A DNA stretch of 64,000 bases from Psilocybe cubensis (Eukaryota), in contig CM038998.1 in assembly GCA_017499595.2 (NCBI GenBank), forward strand, positions 1,612,001 through 1,676,000, in the 5' to 3' direction. Every line of letters starts with the position of its first letter. Positions within the stretch are counted from its first letter, which is position 1. The notes beneath the pieces were generated by a model, which worked only from the letters and a program-made list of their open reading frames with translations, was not told where the DNA came from and ran no database searches. This document shows, piece after piece, positions 35,929-50,024 of this stretch. The translations under genes and the position numbers were made by a program.

Positions 35929-37993
35929 TCATTTGCGCTTCTTCAAGCCATCATCTTTCTTGTCAACTGCTGATGATACGGGGGCAGCGTCTTTTTTCTT
36001 CTCGTCGGAAGATTCGGTTTTCTTCGTAGACTGCAAAAATATGGTAAGTTTTCATCTTACCTCCATCAGTGAACAGATGACACAAACCTTAGTGACCACA
36101 GGTTTCTGAGCACCGCCAATGATGCCAACCAAGGCACTGAGCATACCAAAGAGCGTGAAAAGGGCACCGACAATAGCGGCGCCAGTCTCAGGTTGAGACT
36201 TGAATGCCGAGACGGGGTCGAGCTTAGCAGCTTCAACGAATGCGATGACACGGGTGCGGATGAAGCTGACAGGGTCTTCCTTGAAAGAGATCGACTCTTC
36301 TTCATCGTCGTCGACGGTGACAGGCTTATCAAGAGCGACTTCAATTGGCTTCTTGACTTCGAAAGTTTCAGCTGCAAAAGCCTTTGCATCTTCAGCCGAG
36401 TGTCCAACATAGATGTTGTCGAAAAGAATGTCTTCGGTCATCGTCCAGAGCTCGATACCAACACCGCCCTATTGGAATATGAGTGAACTTGAAAAAAAAA
36501 ACAAGAGCGACAAAGCAGCATACAATCTTGGAAAGAGATTTAACAGGGGTGAGGTCTTCGAAGTAGTCGGGGTTGGGAATTTTACGAGGAGCCCAAGGGC
36601 CCTTGTATGCAGGGTTGGGGATCTGAGGAGCAGACCATTTGCCCTTGTAAGCGGGATTGGACTTGAAGGGGCTGTGACATTATGTTAGACAAAGATAACG
36701 CCAAATTCAGGTTCGTAAAGCTAACCGCTTCCATTCCCCACAACCAGGAGCATCAGAGCACTTAGGGTTAGGAACAGTGGGGGCAATCCAGTCACCATCT
36801 TCTTCATCATCCCACTCTTCAGGCTTGGTGGCGTCTACCAAGCACGTCAATATACTAATATACGGTTAGAATTTTGTACCCACCGGGGTCAGGGATAGTC
36901 AAAGGCTCGTCATCGAGCCATCCTTCAGGCTTAATGGCTTCTTCGTCGACAATCTCAAAGGGAGCATCCTCATCCCAGTCTTCTGGCTGAAAAAAGATGA
37001 GTATTTATATGTGGTTTATATTTGGAATAACAATCACCTTCTTGGCGTCGGGATCCGCGATGGTAGCCTCGTCAACCCAGTCGGCAGGCTTGAAATCTTC
37101 AGCATCGTCAATCTCTTTGGGAGGGTTGACAGGTGGCTCAAAGTCTTCAAGAAGACTGCCCTTCTTCTCGCTCTCTCCGTTGATAAGAACCTCATAGGTA
37201 TTGTCGGGGCTTTTGTTATGTAAGTGTATGTTATTGCCAAGAACAGATATAAAACATACTTAATGATGAGGGTATACAAATTAGTGAGTTTCTCAATAGT
37301 GGGGTGAGGCGCGATGCGAAGGTGTTTCTCTTCGGTGACGCCCGTCTTAGGGCTCTTGTGACGGAAGATGAAATGAACCTGCATACTTCATATTTAACGA
37401 AAGTGTTACATTCTTGAGATCAAGTTGAAAGCGCACCTTGGTTCCAGGGCAAGTAAGATCGGGACCGAACATTACCACCCAGGGCGTAGTGTCAGAGAAC
37501 TCCTTTCCACTGGTTTGGAAGCCATCCTCCAGGAGCTTGACATAACCACCTCCGCAATTGCCTCCCTTCTGGTATTTGACTTCGTATTGAACCACGAGGG
37601 GTTTGTCCTTGAAGTCAACGGGCGAGGAGAAGGGGGCAGAGATGGCGTGGTGGGCCGCTTTGCTCTTGGCGACGAGACCCTTGTCTCCCTCAATGGCGGA
37701 AATGGCAGGGTCTTCAACCTCCCATTTGCCGACGTAGCTGAAGGTCTCGCCACCGACTGGAGTCTTCTTGGTCGCTTCCGACGGCGTCCATCGCTCTGAC
37801 CAGTCTTCTGTGAATTGCTCGACGAAGGGGGCCTTGATTTCAGTGGGCTTCGCGAGACAATGTAATTAGCGCGACTGTGGAAAGGTAAGCGAACACCAGC
37901 ACGTACTGTGAAATTGGGTTTTGGGATGTCGTCCGACTGGGCCAATGCGCCAGTAGCGACAATGGCCAGTAAAGAAAGCGCTACGCTTCGCAT
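35929..37993 (-). CDS. CNE1: Calnexin
   Basis: Signal peptide [41 protein letters not shown]-domain repeats ([26 protein letters not shown]); TM segment; ends GLKKRK* (KKxx-type ER retrieval). Confidence 0.95.
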
Positions 37994-38084
37994 TATTATA
38001 CGAAGGACCGAATATACAGAGAAGGAAAAAGGGGAAGGAGTGTAAAGCTGTAAGTAGATTCCCGTCACCGACTTTCTTCCTAAA

Positions 38085-38131
38085 TACGTGCCCACATACG
38101 TGGCACACGCTGTTCTCCCACACGTCACGTG
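38085..38131 (-). promoter_or_regulatory. Candidate unfolded-protein-response elements upstream of calnexin
   Basis: Minus strand reads CACGTGACGTGT, TGCCACGTA and GGCACGTA within ~140 bp of the ATG; ACGT-core bZIP (Hac1/XBP1-type) motifs. Confidence 0.45.
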
Positions 38132-38233
38132 TATCGCGTTAAGGGGTCATGGAATCCAGATGGAAGCGTTTGGAATATTCGTTCATTAGTTAAACAAAGT
38201 ACATATCTACTACATCCACCCCACATAACCAGC

Positions 38234-41200
38234 TCATCCCAACAGGTCAGCATGCCCAGACGCCGAAAGAGCAAGCTGAAATAGACAAGGCTCCAGTGAG
38301 CACACTTTTGCTGCAAAGGGACGTGGAACATGCATACCACAAACTCATCATCCAAATATTTGGACACTGCAATCTGGTCCCCGAGTCCTTTTCTTCGGCG
38401 GGTCTTTAATACAAGGTCTCTGGCTAATGCCTGTCCCGAAGCGGGTTCCAGTGGCCTGAGCTTGATACTCGAGTCCGTGGGATCACCTGTATTGAATTTT
38501 GGAATCACGTTACCTACTTACAACGCGAAAAAAAACGTACCCGGGACAATTGACCAATGGTCGAATACTTGTAAACAGAAGGCTTGCCCCTGCGTCGCTG
38601 TCCGAAGATCTGTTTCAAAGCCATTAGCGTCTATCACCGGAATAAGTGCTTTGACAGTATATAGCGGGGATCCGGCTTTTGGTATGTCTTGTGTAACATG
38701 ACCACGACGGCGGGCGAGCACTGTATACACAGCCGATATACAGTCTGCAGGAGCCTGCACTTCCACGTAGTACACTGGTTCCATCAGTCTCGGTGTTGCC
38801 TATCCGAATGCGAATGTACGTGTCAGGTATTACTAAGCTCGGACAAAAGCAATGACTTCTCACCATCAGGAAAGATGAATAACAAACACGGCGAGCAGTG
38901 GGAACAATTTGACCGCCACCACGGAAAATTGGCTCTTGCGCTAGGCCTGCGTCAAGGATGCGGAATTTGACATTTCGCATGGCTACAAAATAAAGTTTCA
39001 AAAACTGGAAATGCATAGCATGGTAAAGGAAAGACTGACGCTCATCGCAAAGTGGACCTTCACGAGCACCCCATTGGAAGCCTTGTTTGATATGCTCTTT
39101 AACTGTTCCCAGAAGTTTTTTATCTACCTACTCTCGGCGGTGAGAAACTCTGTGAACTTAACAACGTAAATCCTCACCTGAGATGGCAGAGTATCATCCA
39201 AAAGTACGTTGGGCCCATTCTCATCAGGACCAAATGCCCATATTGATCGAGATGCCAGAAGATCCCATTGATACTTCTCTTGGAAAAAGCCACCTCTTTC
39301 CTTAGCCGTCATACGCATATTAACGCGACCCCTTTCAATGTCTTCCGCGATTCCGCGCTCAAGTGGTTCGGCGATCATTGTGAGCTTATTCCTTGTGATT
39401 GATCGTTAGTTTAATTTCGAGGCAAAAATAGTTCAGAGCTCACTTTTTATTGGGAGTGTCGGCGTAACATTTCAGTGCACTGGTCTCAAGAACAGTTTCG
39501 CAGAATTTTGTTACAGGATCTGAGACCTTGATCTCAATTTCCGAAAATAATCTCCGAAGGTCGTGCATCACGCAGTCGAGATAAAGCTCTCCTGTTCCGA
39601 TGAGGACGTGTTCTCCGCTCTCTTCAACCTTGGTGGACACCAACGGATAGGATTTGTTGATACTTCGTAGACCGGCTAACATCTTTGGTAATTCTGACGG
39701 CGCAATGGGTTCAATGGCAATTTTGAGAACAGATTGTGTCATGTGTCTGATGGGGCGGAAGATGTTGAGCTCTTCCTCAATGTCAATACCGGCCAGCGTT
39801 GCTGTTTTGGATATGGATGCGTCTACACCTCCGATCAGGACAAGATTTCCGGCAGGAATCTCTTCTGCTGGAATAAAATAACTAAACAAGATACCTGCTT
39901 GAATAAAAAGCAACAATTGTCGAGTTCATATACTTACCGTGATTCGCTGATCCAAAGGTCATCAACGGTAGCTTTCATCATATCTTCTTCATCTTCAGGA
40001 GAGTATCCCTCTCCTAGTACCTTGATGTTCATTCCTTTGCGCAATGTCCCGCTAATTACACGTCCAAAGGATCTGAATGACTGAGCATCTGTAGTGTGGT
40101 AAAGTTTCGAGATCTGGACAACGACTGGGCCCTCGGAGTCGCAAGACTTCATCGATGCAGCAAGTTCTCCTGTATGCGATCCCAAGTAGGTCGATTCGAC
40201 CTTTGAAGGGTGAGTATTCAATATTACCCAGAAAATGACTGAATACCTTGCCGGTGGCTCCTTCTACGGGTGAAGGAATGTGTTCTACAATGATGTCCAC
40301 AAGGCCAGTTGCTTTTCCAAAAAACTGATCAAGAACAGCTTTGAGCAGAGGCCTGACGTCCATCTTATACATGACAGGCTTCAACTGGATACCTAAACCT
40401 TCTAAAGTGTTTCGCAAATCGTCCGTTTCCTCGCTGAGTACATGGCTATAAAGCTTGTACAGAGGATTGAGAATGAAATGCACAAAAGTGCGTTCACTTT
40501 CCGGATCAGCTTGTTTTCGCGTAAATTTGCGGGTATCCTCGTTGAAGTAGATGTCTCCCCAAAGTCGATCGGCGAATGACCTGATGTCCAACGAACCTTG
40601 AAAAAAAGTGAGATTAGGCTCCGGATAAAGCCCAAAAATATCTTGAATTTACCATACGTGTCCGCGTACATCTGAGCAAAGGAGCGCAACGTAAAACACC
40701 AGTTCATGTCAGTGCTTGCAAATGCTACGTTTCCATTTTCAGGGCTAAGCCTCAGGTCTGGATTTGGATCAATGGAGCTAGAATAACAATGAGTGACAAT
40801 ATAAGAAATCTCGCACGTTTACAAACCTGATAAAGGTGTTAATCTCTTCAATCGTGTGTTTGATTTTATAATAAGCATCAGCTGGCTTTATCCGAAGTTC
40901 CAAAATTAATCTGTCAATTTTGTTCACAACTAGAGTGATTTTGACTTTTTCTTGGAGAGCATGTCGAATTATGAACTCTGTCCCAACCATCAACTATGGC
41001 CAAATATTGGTTAAAATGACTCTTGACACCCAGAAGGGTATACGTACCCCTTCAACCACATCAACCACCAACAAAATTCCGTCTACCAAGCGCATAGCGG
41101 AAGCAACTTCGTCAACAAAGTTGATGTGACCAGGTGTGTCAATAAAATGAATAAGATGCGACTTTCCGGCTGTTGTTGAAAGGACAAGAGACATCGGAGA

Positions 41201-41936
41201 CGATTTTATTGATATTTCACGCTCGCGCGACAAGATATGAGTGTCTGTGTAGCGGGTCTGCAGCGAACATATAAGAAGTCGTCAATTAGGCCTGAAAGTG
41301 ACTCACAGGCTTATCTGCATCCCAAACAAGCTTGTGCGTTTCATACACTAGCATATCCATAAGAGCTGTTTTTCCGTGGTGAAGATGGCCAACAACAGCA
41401 ACGTTTCGAATCATCTCTGGGAAGCGGGTCATGTCCAGAAGAAACCTGGAGAACGCGTCATAATGTAAGAAATTGATATATACAGAATCTTGTCCATACC
41501 CTTTATCAAAACGCGTCTCAGGCATGCCTTTCTCAACTACAGTCCATTTCCTGTCCTTAACGGGGGCGATGATGGGTTCCGAAAGAGGTTGCGCATCTTC
41601 TTCCTGAACCATTGTTTCCACTCCAGGACCGTAAACATCTTGGGCTGAAGGGTAGTATTGCTTCTCTTCGTGAAGCACAACAGCTCTATGGGAAGGTTCT
41701 ATGTGGATCGTTAGAGGCGAGAAGTGGGGTATATGAACAAAATAATACGTACCGTCAACCTGCATAAGGGCCATGTTATCCCCCTCATTTGTTTCGCTGT
41801 CGTCATAACCTTCCAGAGGGGCATTTTGTTGTGGTTCGTCGTCGAACTGTTGCTGGGGGACGTCCTCCTCATCGTCTGAATCTAGGTCCGCGCCAATATA
41901 ATTTCCAAATTCATCGTAATCCTCGAAGGAAGCCAT
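38234..41936 (-). CDS. SNU114: U5 snRNP GTPase Snu114/EFTUD2
   Basis: YDEFGNYIG acidic N-terminus, [45 protein letters not shown]. Confidence 0.97.
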
Positions 41937-42167
41937 TGGTTATGGTGCGTAAATGGGTACGAGGGAGACAGGAATTGAAAGGGTATGGAAGAGAAACCAC
42001 GAGGAAATGGGACGAGGTGATGGTTGTAGTAGGTGGTGTACAATTCTACTCAAAGCGTCAAGAAAGACGCGAGATATTATTTTCTAACTCCGTTCTCACT
42101 GTCACGATTCGATCAACTGGTTAATGATTTCGATAAACATAGGCATCGAGCTTCACATCCATCCACC

Positions 42168-42737
42168 ATGGCATCTCTTTCTGATGATACCTTGCGCAAG
42201 GTACTTTCCAAATTAACGACAAACTCATAAAGCTGAAATAGTGTCTAGATCTTGCTGCAAATTCAGCAAACTGCAGTCCAGTCGCAGAGGGCACTGAATG
42301 TTTCAATGCAACAGACCTCTGTCAAAGAACGCGAGCGTAGAATTCTTCAGTTGACTATTGATGAAATAAGTCAAATGAAAGGCGATGTTAATCTTTACAA
42401 AGGTGTTGGAAAGATGTATGACGCTGTGACCTGTTGTCAGATTATTTATTCATTGTCCATTTACTAGGTTTATGCATGTTCCTCGAGACGTAATGGAGGG
42501 AGAACTAAAAGCACAAGAAAAAGAACTTTCTGACGATATCACCAGTCTAAACAAGAAGGTCTGTAATCATTTTTCTTTTGTCTCCGTCCTTGGAATTGAT
42601 CTGCTCTGTAGTCAAAATACCTCGAGAAACAATTTAATGACGCCCAGGCTCAACTGCGAGATATTGTTGTTTATCATCTTCTTTATTTATGTCATAACTA
42701 ATTTTTATTACAGTTCCATCATGCACCTAAGCAGTAA
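42168..42737 (+). CDS. PFD1: Prefoldin subunit 1 (beta type)
   Basis: CCACCATG start; five exons give coiled coils flanking LYKGVGKMF; ends SKYLEKQFNDAQAQLRDIFHHAPKQ*. Confidence 0.85.
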
Positions 42738-43119
42738 CTCACTCAACTGCCAATCTCTACCGCGCTGGTTGTTCTTTACAATCCTAACCTATATTTTGGC
42801 ACACTCTCATTAAAGCAAGCCAGCGAACTAATGTTCTGTCCTGCCTTCCTTAAAAAGTGGAATGGGCAGATTACTAAACCCTTATGTTCGTCTTTGTCCC
42901 AACCAAGGGTAGGCACCTGGGCAATAAAAATCAATAGAAGTGATTTATTTTAATGCATTGTAGTTGTTGATCTTTTTCATAATAAATCAAATGAAGCAGA
43001 GTGAAGCATCTGTCGAAGCACGTCAATACTTGCCCCCATCCTCATGCCCTCATCAGTAACCAAATTCGTTCACCGTGAAGTGTTACTAAACATTGTATTT
43101 CCTTTCTTCATTGAAACTG

Positions 43120-43776
43120 ATGCTCTATGCTCTGAAAGACCTCTTGTTACGGCAAGTTAAACAAATTCAATACATTGGAGTTGCGCTTATGCTTAGTACC
43201 ATCTGGATCATTGGATATGCATATTTGCTCAAATTCGTACACGATAATCTCTTGTAGATGAAGCTATCATTAACATCCTTAGCCTGACGTACGACCGACA
43301 ACAGTTCTGTATCACTGTCGGATTTTCTTTCATAGGTCGCGGATTTCATTCGTAGAGAATACCTCTGAGAGGTAACAAAAGATGGACGTCAAATTTCACG
43401 GCGTGAATGTTACTTACACCAACAGGGTTGGTGTAATCTTGTTAATAATACAGGCCATGTCATTTAATTGAGGATTTATATATTGTAGGGCACCAAGACT
43501 GCAAACTTGTACTGCTACTACGAGAATCTATATCTTGTGCACCCTGGCGCCAATCTGTCTATCGAAACACTACGTGGATCGGATTTCTATGGATGCATCC
43601 GAGATGTACCCAAAAGCCTTCAGAAACGCACTCCTCTGGCTATTTTCTCAGATATTTGTGCAGTTTCCCTGAGCAAAGTGGTCTACATTGAAGCAGCCGT
43701 GAACTTCCTGACAACGAAATCTATGTTACGCGATTTCATCAAAGGCGTGCCCTTCGGCTATGACGTAGATGTTTAA
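43120..43776 (+). other. Possible small multi-exon orphan gene or pseudogene
   Basis: A 45-aa ATG ORF (43120-43257) with a hydrophobic segment, several GT..AG intron-like segments and an 89-codon open frame (43507-43776). No family recognised. Confidence 0.3.
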
Positions 43777-43997
43777 CAAATAAATTGCATCGAAGCTACG
43801 AGTCGCGTGGGGGAAATGCATTGTGGTAGAAATCTTTACTAAAATCTTGATCCCAGCAAGTGGTTCGATGGTGAATATAGCAGTGAACATAAGTCACTCG
43901 TACTGTATGGTATTAAGCCCCTTATTTTAAAGTAGTGGATAGAGGGGAATATGTAGCAGATCATCTAGGAATATTTATCACTCTACTCTCGTCGAAT

Positions 43998-46900
43998 CTA
44001 TCTTTTATGATATCGTAGGAATCGTGAAGCAACTACAGCGAGTAGTATATCAATATAGTGATGTAGTAAAGAGGATATTAGAATACTCACTGATGGTGAT
44101 AATGAGATTGAAAACTAGGCATTGTTGAGTCAGAATGGAACAATCTGTGACGTGGGACCGGAGACTCACTAAAGTAGGCGAATAAAATGAATGCATCTCT
44201 CCATCGATTTGAGAATGAGATGTTGAGAGGCGTATAGAATTCATCGCCAATTTTATATTGACAGTATCGGCAAAGCGCCGAATCCGCAAGGTTGTCGATG
44301 TATCCGCCAAATGTATCTGAAAATGGCTTTCCCCAAGATGCGCAGGTTTCGCCTGATGGTGGGTTAAACACGGCAAATTCATCAGGGTTGCATTTAATGG
44401 CGAGGCCGCTAAAGAGCATCGATTAACACAGTATTAATCCAAACAAATAGCAAGAACTTACTGCAATTCAGTGGAAACCATAGCAGCAAGAGTACGAGTA
44501 TAAGGATCCAAATGGTACAGCCATGACCTCCAGAATTTAATCAAAGTAGGATAGGGCAATGTAACCCCACAGAATGTGGCAAGAACCAGACCGATGAAGG
44601 GATTGAAAAGGACAGCCACCTACACCAGGGTTAAGCGATAGAAGGTGAACAAAAGTCAACCAACCAACCTGTACACTTGGAGATAGTGCAGCAACCATCT
44701 GGCCTAAAGTCACACCAAAGAGTAGCATAAAGATGATGATCAAAAGCTGGAAACCTGTGCCATTGGTACCAGCACTTCCTTGGCCGTACCCCATAGGGTA
44801 AACCTGAAGACAGTTCAGAAAGGTAGAAAGACAAGGAGATCAGAAATCCTACCATAAGCACCCAGTATAGAATACCGCAAAGTATACTATAAGGAATTTC
44901 CCCGATCAACTGGCCGATGGCGAAGACGTATGGAGAATAAATACGACTAGAAGATTCTGTTGAACCAAATAAGACAGCTCAGAACACTACCTCATGCAGC
45001 ATGTGCAAATGCCTGACCTCTTATGAATATCCCTATATATTAGGATTAGCGAAATGAAATTATCTTTTAACGCGATCAGGGTGCTTACGTCTGTTGAAGA
45101 TAAACAATGGCTCAATCTGCGACATAACAATCGCAGGTAGGACAACAACCCAGAAACTAAACACTTGGATTAATAAATCAAGACATAGATCATAAAAACC
45201 CAGCTTACATGGCGAAAACCCGGAATTGAAGCTCTCTGACACTGTTTCCAAGCTGTAGGAACGAAAGGGAAATGAACAAGGAAATGAACGAAGAGACAAA
45301 AAGTCGGCTGAAAATATAATCCGGGGACCTCCAGAGCGCCATATTGTTCCTGCGTACAACGGTTTTGAGTTGGTAGAAGAACGACGTCGCATCTTTGACG
45401 AAAGCATTCAGTGACTTATCCGAAACATGAATAATCGAAGCGTACAAGTGCTCATTTCTCCTCGACCTGGATCTGGGCGTGACAGAGCTTCCTTCTTGAT
45501 TAAGGCAATTTCTTCTTTAACTTTCTTCGCTTCAGGGGACTCCAACCAGATGTCCTTCCAATCTTTATCACCGACACGCGGAGTGACACCAGCGCCAATA
45601 GCTTCAAGCATATATTCCGCTGGATTGACGTTTGAAGGGCATACGGCTCCATTCCGGGCGAAATAATCTCTGATAATACTGGAATCTTGACCAATATCTC
45701 CAAAATAAACTGTTTCCCCGCCCCTTTGCAACAGCAATAGACGATCAAAGCTTTCAAAGAGAAGAGACGAAGGTTGGTGTATAGTGCAAAGAATAGCTTG
45801 TCCTTGATCGGCTAGTTTGCGAAGGAAACGAACGAGATTCCAAGCACTGATTAAAATTTATGACAAATCAGTCACCGCAAAGGAGTGGTTATGAATCGAA
45901 TTAACCTTTGAGCATCAAGACCGGAGGTCGGTTCATCTAAGAAAAGCAGAAGTTCGGGCTTACTGGCGAGCTCAACGCCAATTGTCAAACGTTTACGAGC
46001 TTCCATATCGAGACTGAATACCAGTGCTTCAGATATCTCTTGAAGTTCCAAAAGCTCGATCATTTCCTCTACATAGGCGTCTTTCTCCTCTTGAGGAACA
46101 CTTTCCGGTTGCCTGAGGTATGCCGAAAAACGCATGGCCTCTCGAACAGTGGCAGTACCTTGGAGTACCTCGTCAGTTGATGAGTTACATCGATATAAAA
46201 AAATAAAAAAACCTTCATGAACATCCATTTGCTCCGCTGTAAAAAATATGTGAGAATGTGTATTCCAACTACTGATAAATATATATACCATATGCAGTGC
46301 CTCTAGCAAAGTCAGAAGTTAAGGGACGGCCATCAACAAGAACGTCTCCTGTAATGACTCCAATATTCTTTCTCTGAGCAAGAACATCGAGACATGTTGT
46401 TTTTCCTTAGGACAACGAAGAATGTCAAAAATCGTCGAAATAGTTTAACAACAATGTAGAGAATGTACCTGCACCACTGGCACCCATGAGGGCAGTCAGA
46501 GTTCCGGGTTTGACATACCCTTGAACATCGTGAAGAAGCCTGAGGGGACCGGACGGGGTCGGGACGTGGTAATTGAGGTTCTCCCAAGTGAATGTTTTTC
46601 TGTGTTTTACAGTATCGTTATACCTGATGATATATCGTAAATCAGGAAGAAGCGATTAGATAGGCAGCGATCCGTACTTTTCGTTGACCACAAGGTCTTC
46701 CTTCTCTTCAATCTTTTTCTTAGCCTGTTTTCTTTCACGAAGGTTGGCGTTAAGTCTTTTGGTTTCTTCGTTCTCTTTGGCATAAATCTTGATCGATAGG
46801 TCCAGGCCATATTGCTAATATTTATGTTAGATCGCTTTTTCCCTTTAAGGCACGGATACTTACTGGGTAGAATTCCAAGGCCAAAATTTGTGTAAGCTGG

Positions 46901-49900
46901 AAAAGAAGGAAGAAACCAACAAGAACAAGGAAATTTCGTCGCCACATGTCTGCCACATCTAGGCCATAGCCAGCGGAAATATACGACCTTCCAGATATGA
47001 GATTACTACCGCTTTCGGCACCAAAGAGTGTACACGACTGATTGGGACCCAACTCGTCTCTGTACGCGGTGAGTAAGTATATGTTGCCTCAAGGAATGTT
47101 CTTACGGGTATTTAGAGAGTCCAAAGCCATTACGAGGAACGATGGCAGCGCCATCGCAGGTAAGCTGAGGGAGGATCAACAACAATTTTTTAGACGAAAA
47201 GATAAACAAGACAGACCGTAATGCGCATAAATTCGTTTTCCATACAAGATTCCCATGCTACAGCGATAGGTCATTAAAAAAACTTCCAATGAGAATGTAA
47301 TACAAACCGTATGCAATGGGATTTACATAGTACTATGATTGATAGAAAAAGGAATGCATTAGCCTATGTATTATTCCTCAATCGGTAAAAGATCTTACAA
47401 TCCAAAACAGCCATCTCTTCATCTTTATCACCGGTACGATATAGCCAGTATACTCGACACTGTTCGAATGAGTGTCAGGACAATAAATGGTGGAACGCAA
47501 CTCACAAATTAGGAATGAAGAATACCGCCAGTCGGAAGGCTGAATCGAAATTGAAGCAGAGTAGGCCGAATGTACGGAAGAACCCCTGCATGACAAGATA
47601 CGCAATGTAGTTAAACAAGTGAAACGTCCAGAAACCGCCTGCCGATTTGTGGAGACCAGACATGAAGTATACTATGATATTGAACAAGAGAATACGGGTG
47701 GCAGAGAAAGGAAGATCGGCGAGGGTGTTAGCGACGGCAATTGCAGAGGCTCTATACATGCTGTAGTTTGTCTTAGGAAATGGTAAATTTGGAAATATAA
47801 AGAAGTATGAGAATCGAATATACCTGTTTGCGCAGAATGGGTCTCCCAACCATTTGCATGGGCATCTAAAATAGGGCTTAATGTCTGTTGTACAATAAAC
47901 ATAAAGCCACAAGTACCTCGCCAAAAGCATCCAGACACGTTGTCAGTAATGCAGCAAAGATTACACCACCACGGGTAAAGGCACCACTGGAAGTGGTAGG
48001 TTGGTCAAAGTAAGCAGCACCAATGACCAGGGCCAAAATCTAAGGAGTAAATGAGTGATAGTACAATGAAAACGATAAAGGAACGTACGATCGACAAGGA
48101 AAAACTGGTATAAAGTTGGAATCGGTCTTGTAGCTTCTGTTGGAATTGCCTAACAGCCAGGGCCTTGACTTGCCCGGAATACCCGAGAGTGTAAGGACTC
48201 TTTTTGGATACACCCTTCTTCTTGTCCGCAGCGACCGCGGCGCGGAAAGCTTCTTGATCAGCCTTCTCGGTTGCCATATGAAGTCGGTATTTCTCGAGAG
48301 ATTCCTTGTTGTCATCATAGTACTGAGACTTCCTAAAACTAGCTTCAAGGGCCTCAGGAGTGGATGGTGTGTCATCAGCCGAGCGACCAGCGGCAAAGCG
48401 ACGTTCGTTGGGATCGGTGCATCCAGTGAGATAATCAGCTGTACTTTGGCGAGGAAGTGCTTGAAATCCAAGGTTTTCGAAATAAGCTCGTGCCTCAGAT
48501 GGAGGACCGTAGAACACTTGTCGGCCTTTATCGAGAACAAGAACTTTGTCGAATAGCTCATAGATACTCTCTCCAGCCTGGTACCTGAAGTAGTCACAAT
48601 GAAGGGCGATGATACTTTATGACTTTGAAGGAACTTACAAAGTTACAAAGGTAGTTTGGCCGAGGACATCCGTCATAACGCGCAAGCTCTTGACGAAATC
48701 AAGAGCTGTCGATGCATCCAACCCACGGGTAGAGTTATCCCAACATTGAACTCGTGCACGAGTGGCCATCATTTCAGCGATACTAATGCGCTTACGTTCA
48801 CCACCAGACACCCCACGCACGAATTCGTCGCCAACAAGGGTCTGTTTTGTATGAGAAACATTGAGCATCCGGAGGAGAGTGTCTGCCACTTCGGCATCGA
48901 ACTGTTTGCGAGTTACTCCAGGTAAACGCCCATTCGGTCCAGGTGTTTTCCTATAACAGTCCCGGTAATTATTAGATAAGAATTAGGAGGCAAGTGCGGG
49001 AAAGGACATACGTTGATAAAGCAAACGCCAGGGTCTGAGCGACTGTCAAAGTGGCGATATGGATGTCGTCTGTGATATGGCGTGAGCGAGGGATTACTGA
49101 ATTGAATATGTGTTACGCACCTTCCTGGTTATAAACAACCTCTCCCTTGTAAGTCTTATGCATTTCCGCTGCATCTATACCGGCGTATAAAACTTCGCCT
49201 GACACCCTCGCATATCCCTCTCTTTGATTTGCTATTGTTTTGAGAAAGGTCGAACAACCGGACCCTGGGCAACCGAGAACGAGACACATCTCCCGAGGTT
49301 TGAGCACCCCAGAAGCTCTGCACAAAAATCAAATCAGTACAGTATATTTCGTGTCCTAACAAACGTCGCTTACGGGTGAATGATCGTCTTTGTGGGGAAG
49401 GTTTTATTTGTCGGGAAGAGGGGGGATATTAAAGACCACAGGAAAAGAAAAGGCGCCAAAAAGAACGATATGAAAGCACCTAATTGTAACGTAAGACAAT
49501 CAACTAGGCAGAAAGCACTTAATAGACCTACCTCCCAAAGTTCCGACGTAGAACTTGAGTGTGGTGTAAGTTTATCATAGTTGTAATATCATGATGAGAA
49601 ACAATGAGAGAGCACCTTGCTATCCATCCCTCCCATGACTTCCACCTGTAAATTATCCCATATAACGCCTACATTCTGTTCATTCCAATTTCAGCAATAT
49701 TTTACGAAATACAAATTTTGGTCATACTTTATGAGCGATGCCCGCCTTTTGGTTCGCATCATTCGACGATGTTAAATATTCGCGAAGGTCAAAATGATCA
49801 TCGTCATGTTCAGCACCCTTCTCAAGGTCATGACTGGCTGCTGTCGATTCTGTTGACTTCGTACCACTGCGTGCCGCTTCCGACCGCTTAGAAAGTTGCC

Positions 49901-50024
49901 TAGAGAGTTCTTTGAACTGTTCTTCTGCACGATTAACGTCGACATGGTGAGCGCTCGATGCTCGAGTACTGTCACCGAAAGTATCACCAAGGCCGTAGGG
50001 CTCAGCCTTCTCAGGATCGGCCAT
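43998..50024 (-). CDS. Full-size PDR-type ABCG multidrug transporter (Snq2/Pdr5-like)
   Basis: NBD1 Walker [13 protein letters not shown] and signature [26 protein letters not shown]2 GASGAGKTT, degenerate [25 protein letters not shown]. More than 20 introns; ends [10 protein letters not shown]. Confidence 0.95.

Noticed and set aside
20299..50024. Secondary-metabolite cluster (monooxygenase, enoyl-reductase-like enzyme, ABC transporter)
   Set aside because: No PKS, NRPS, terpene synthase or RiPP precursor; the genes are separated by core housekeeping genes.
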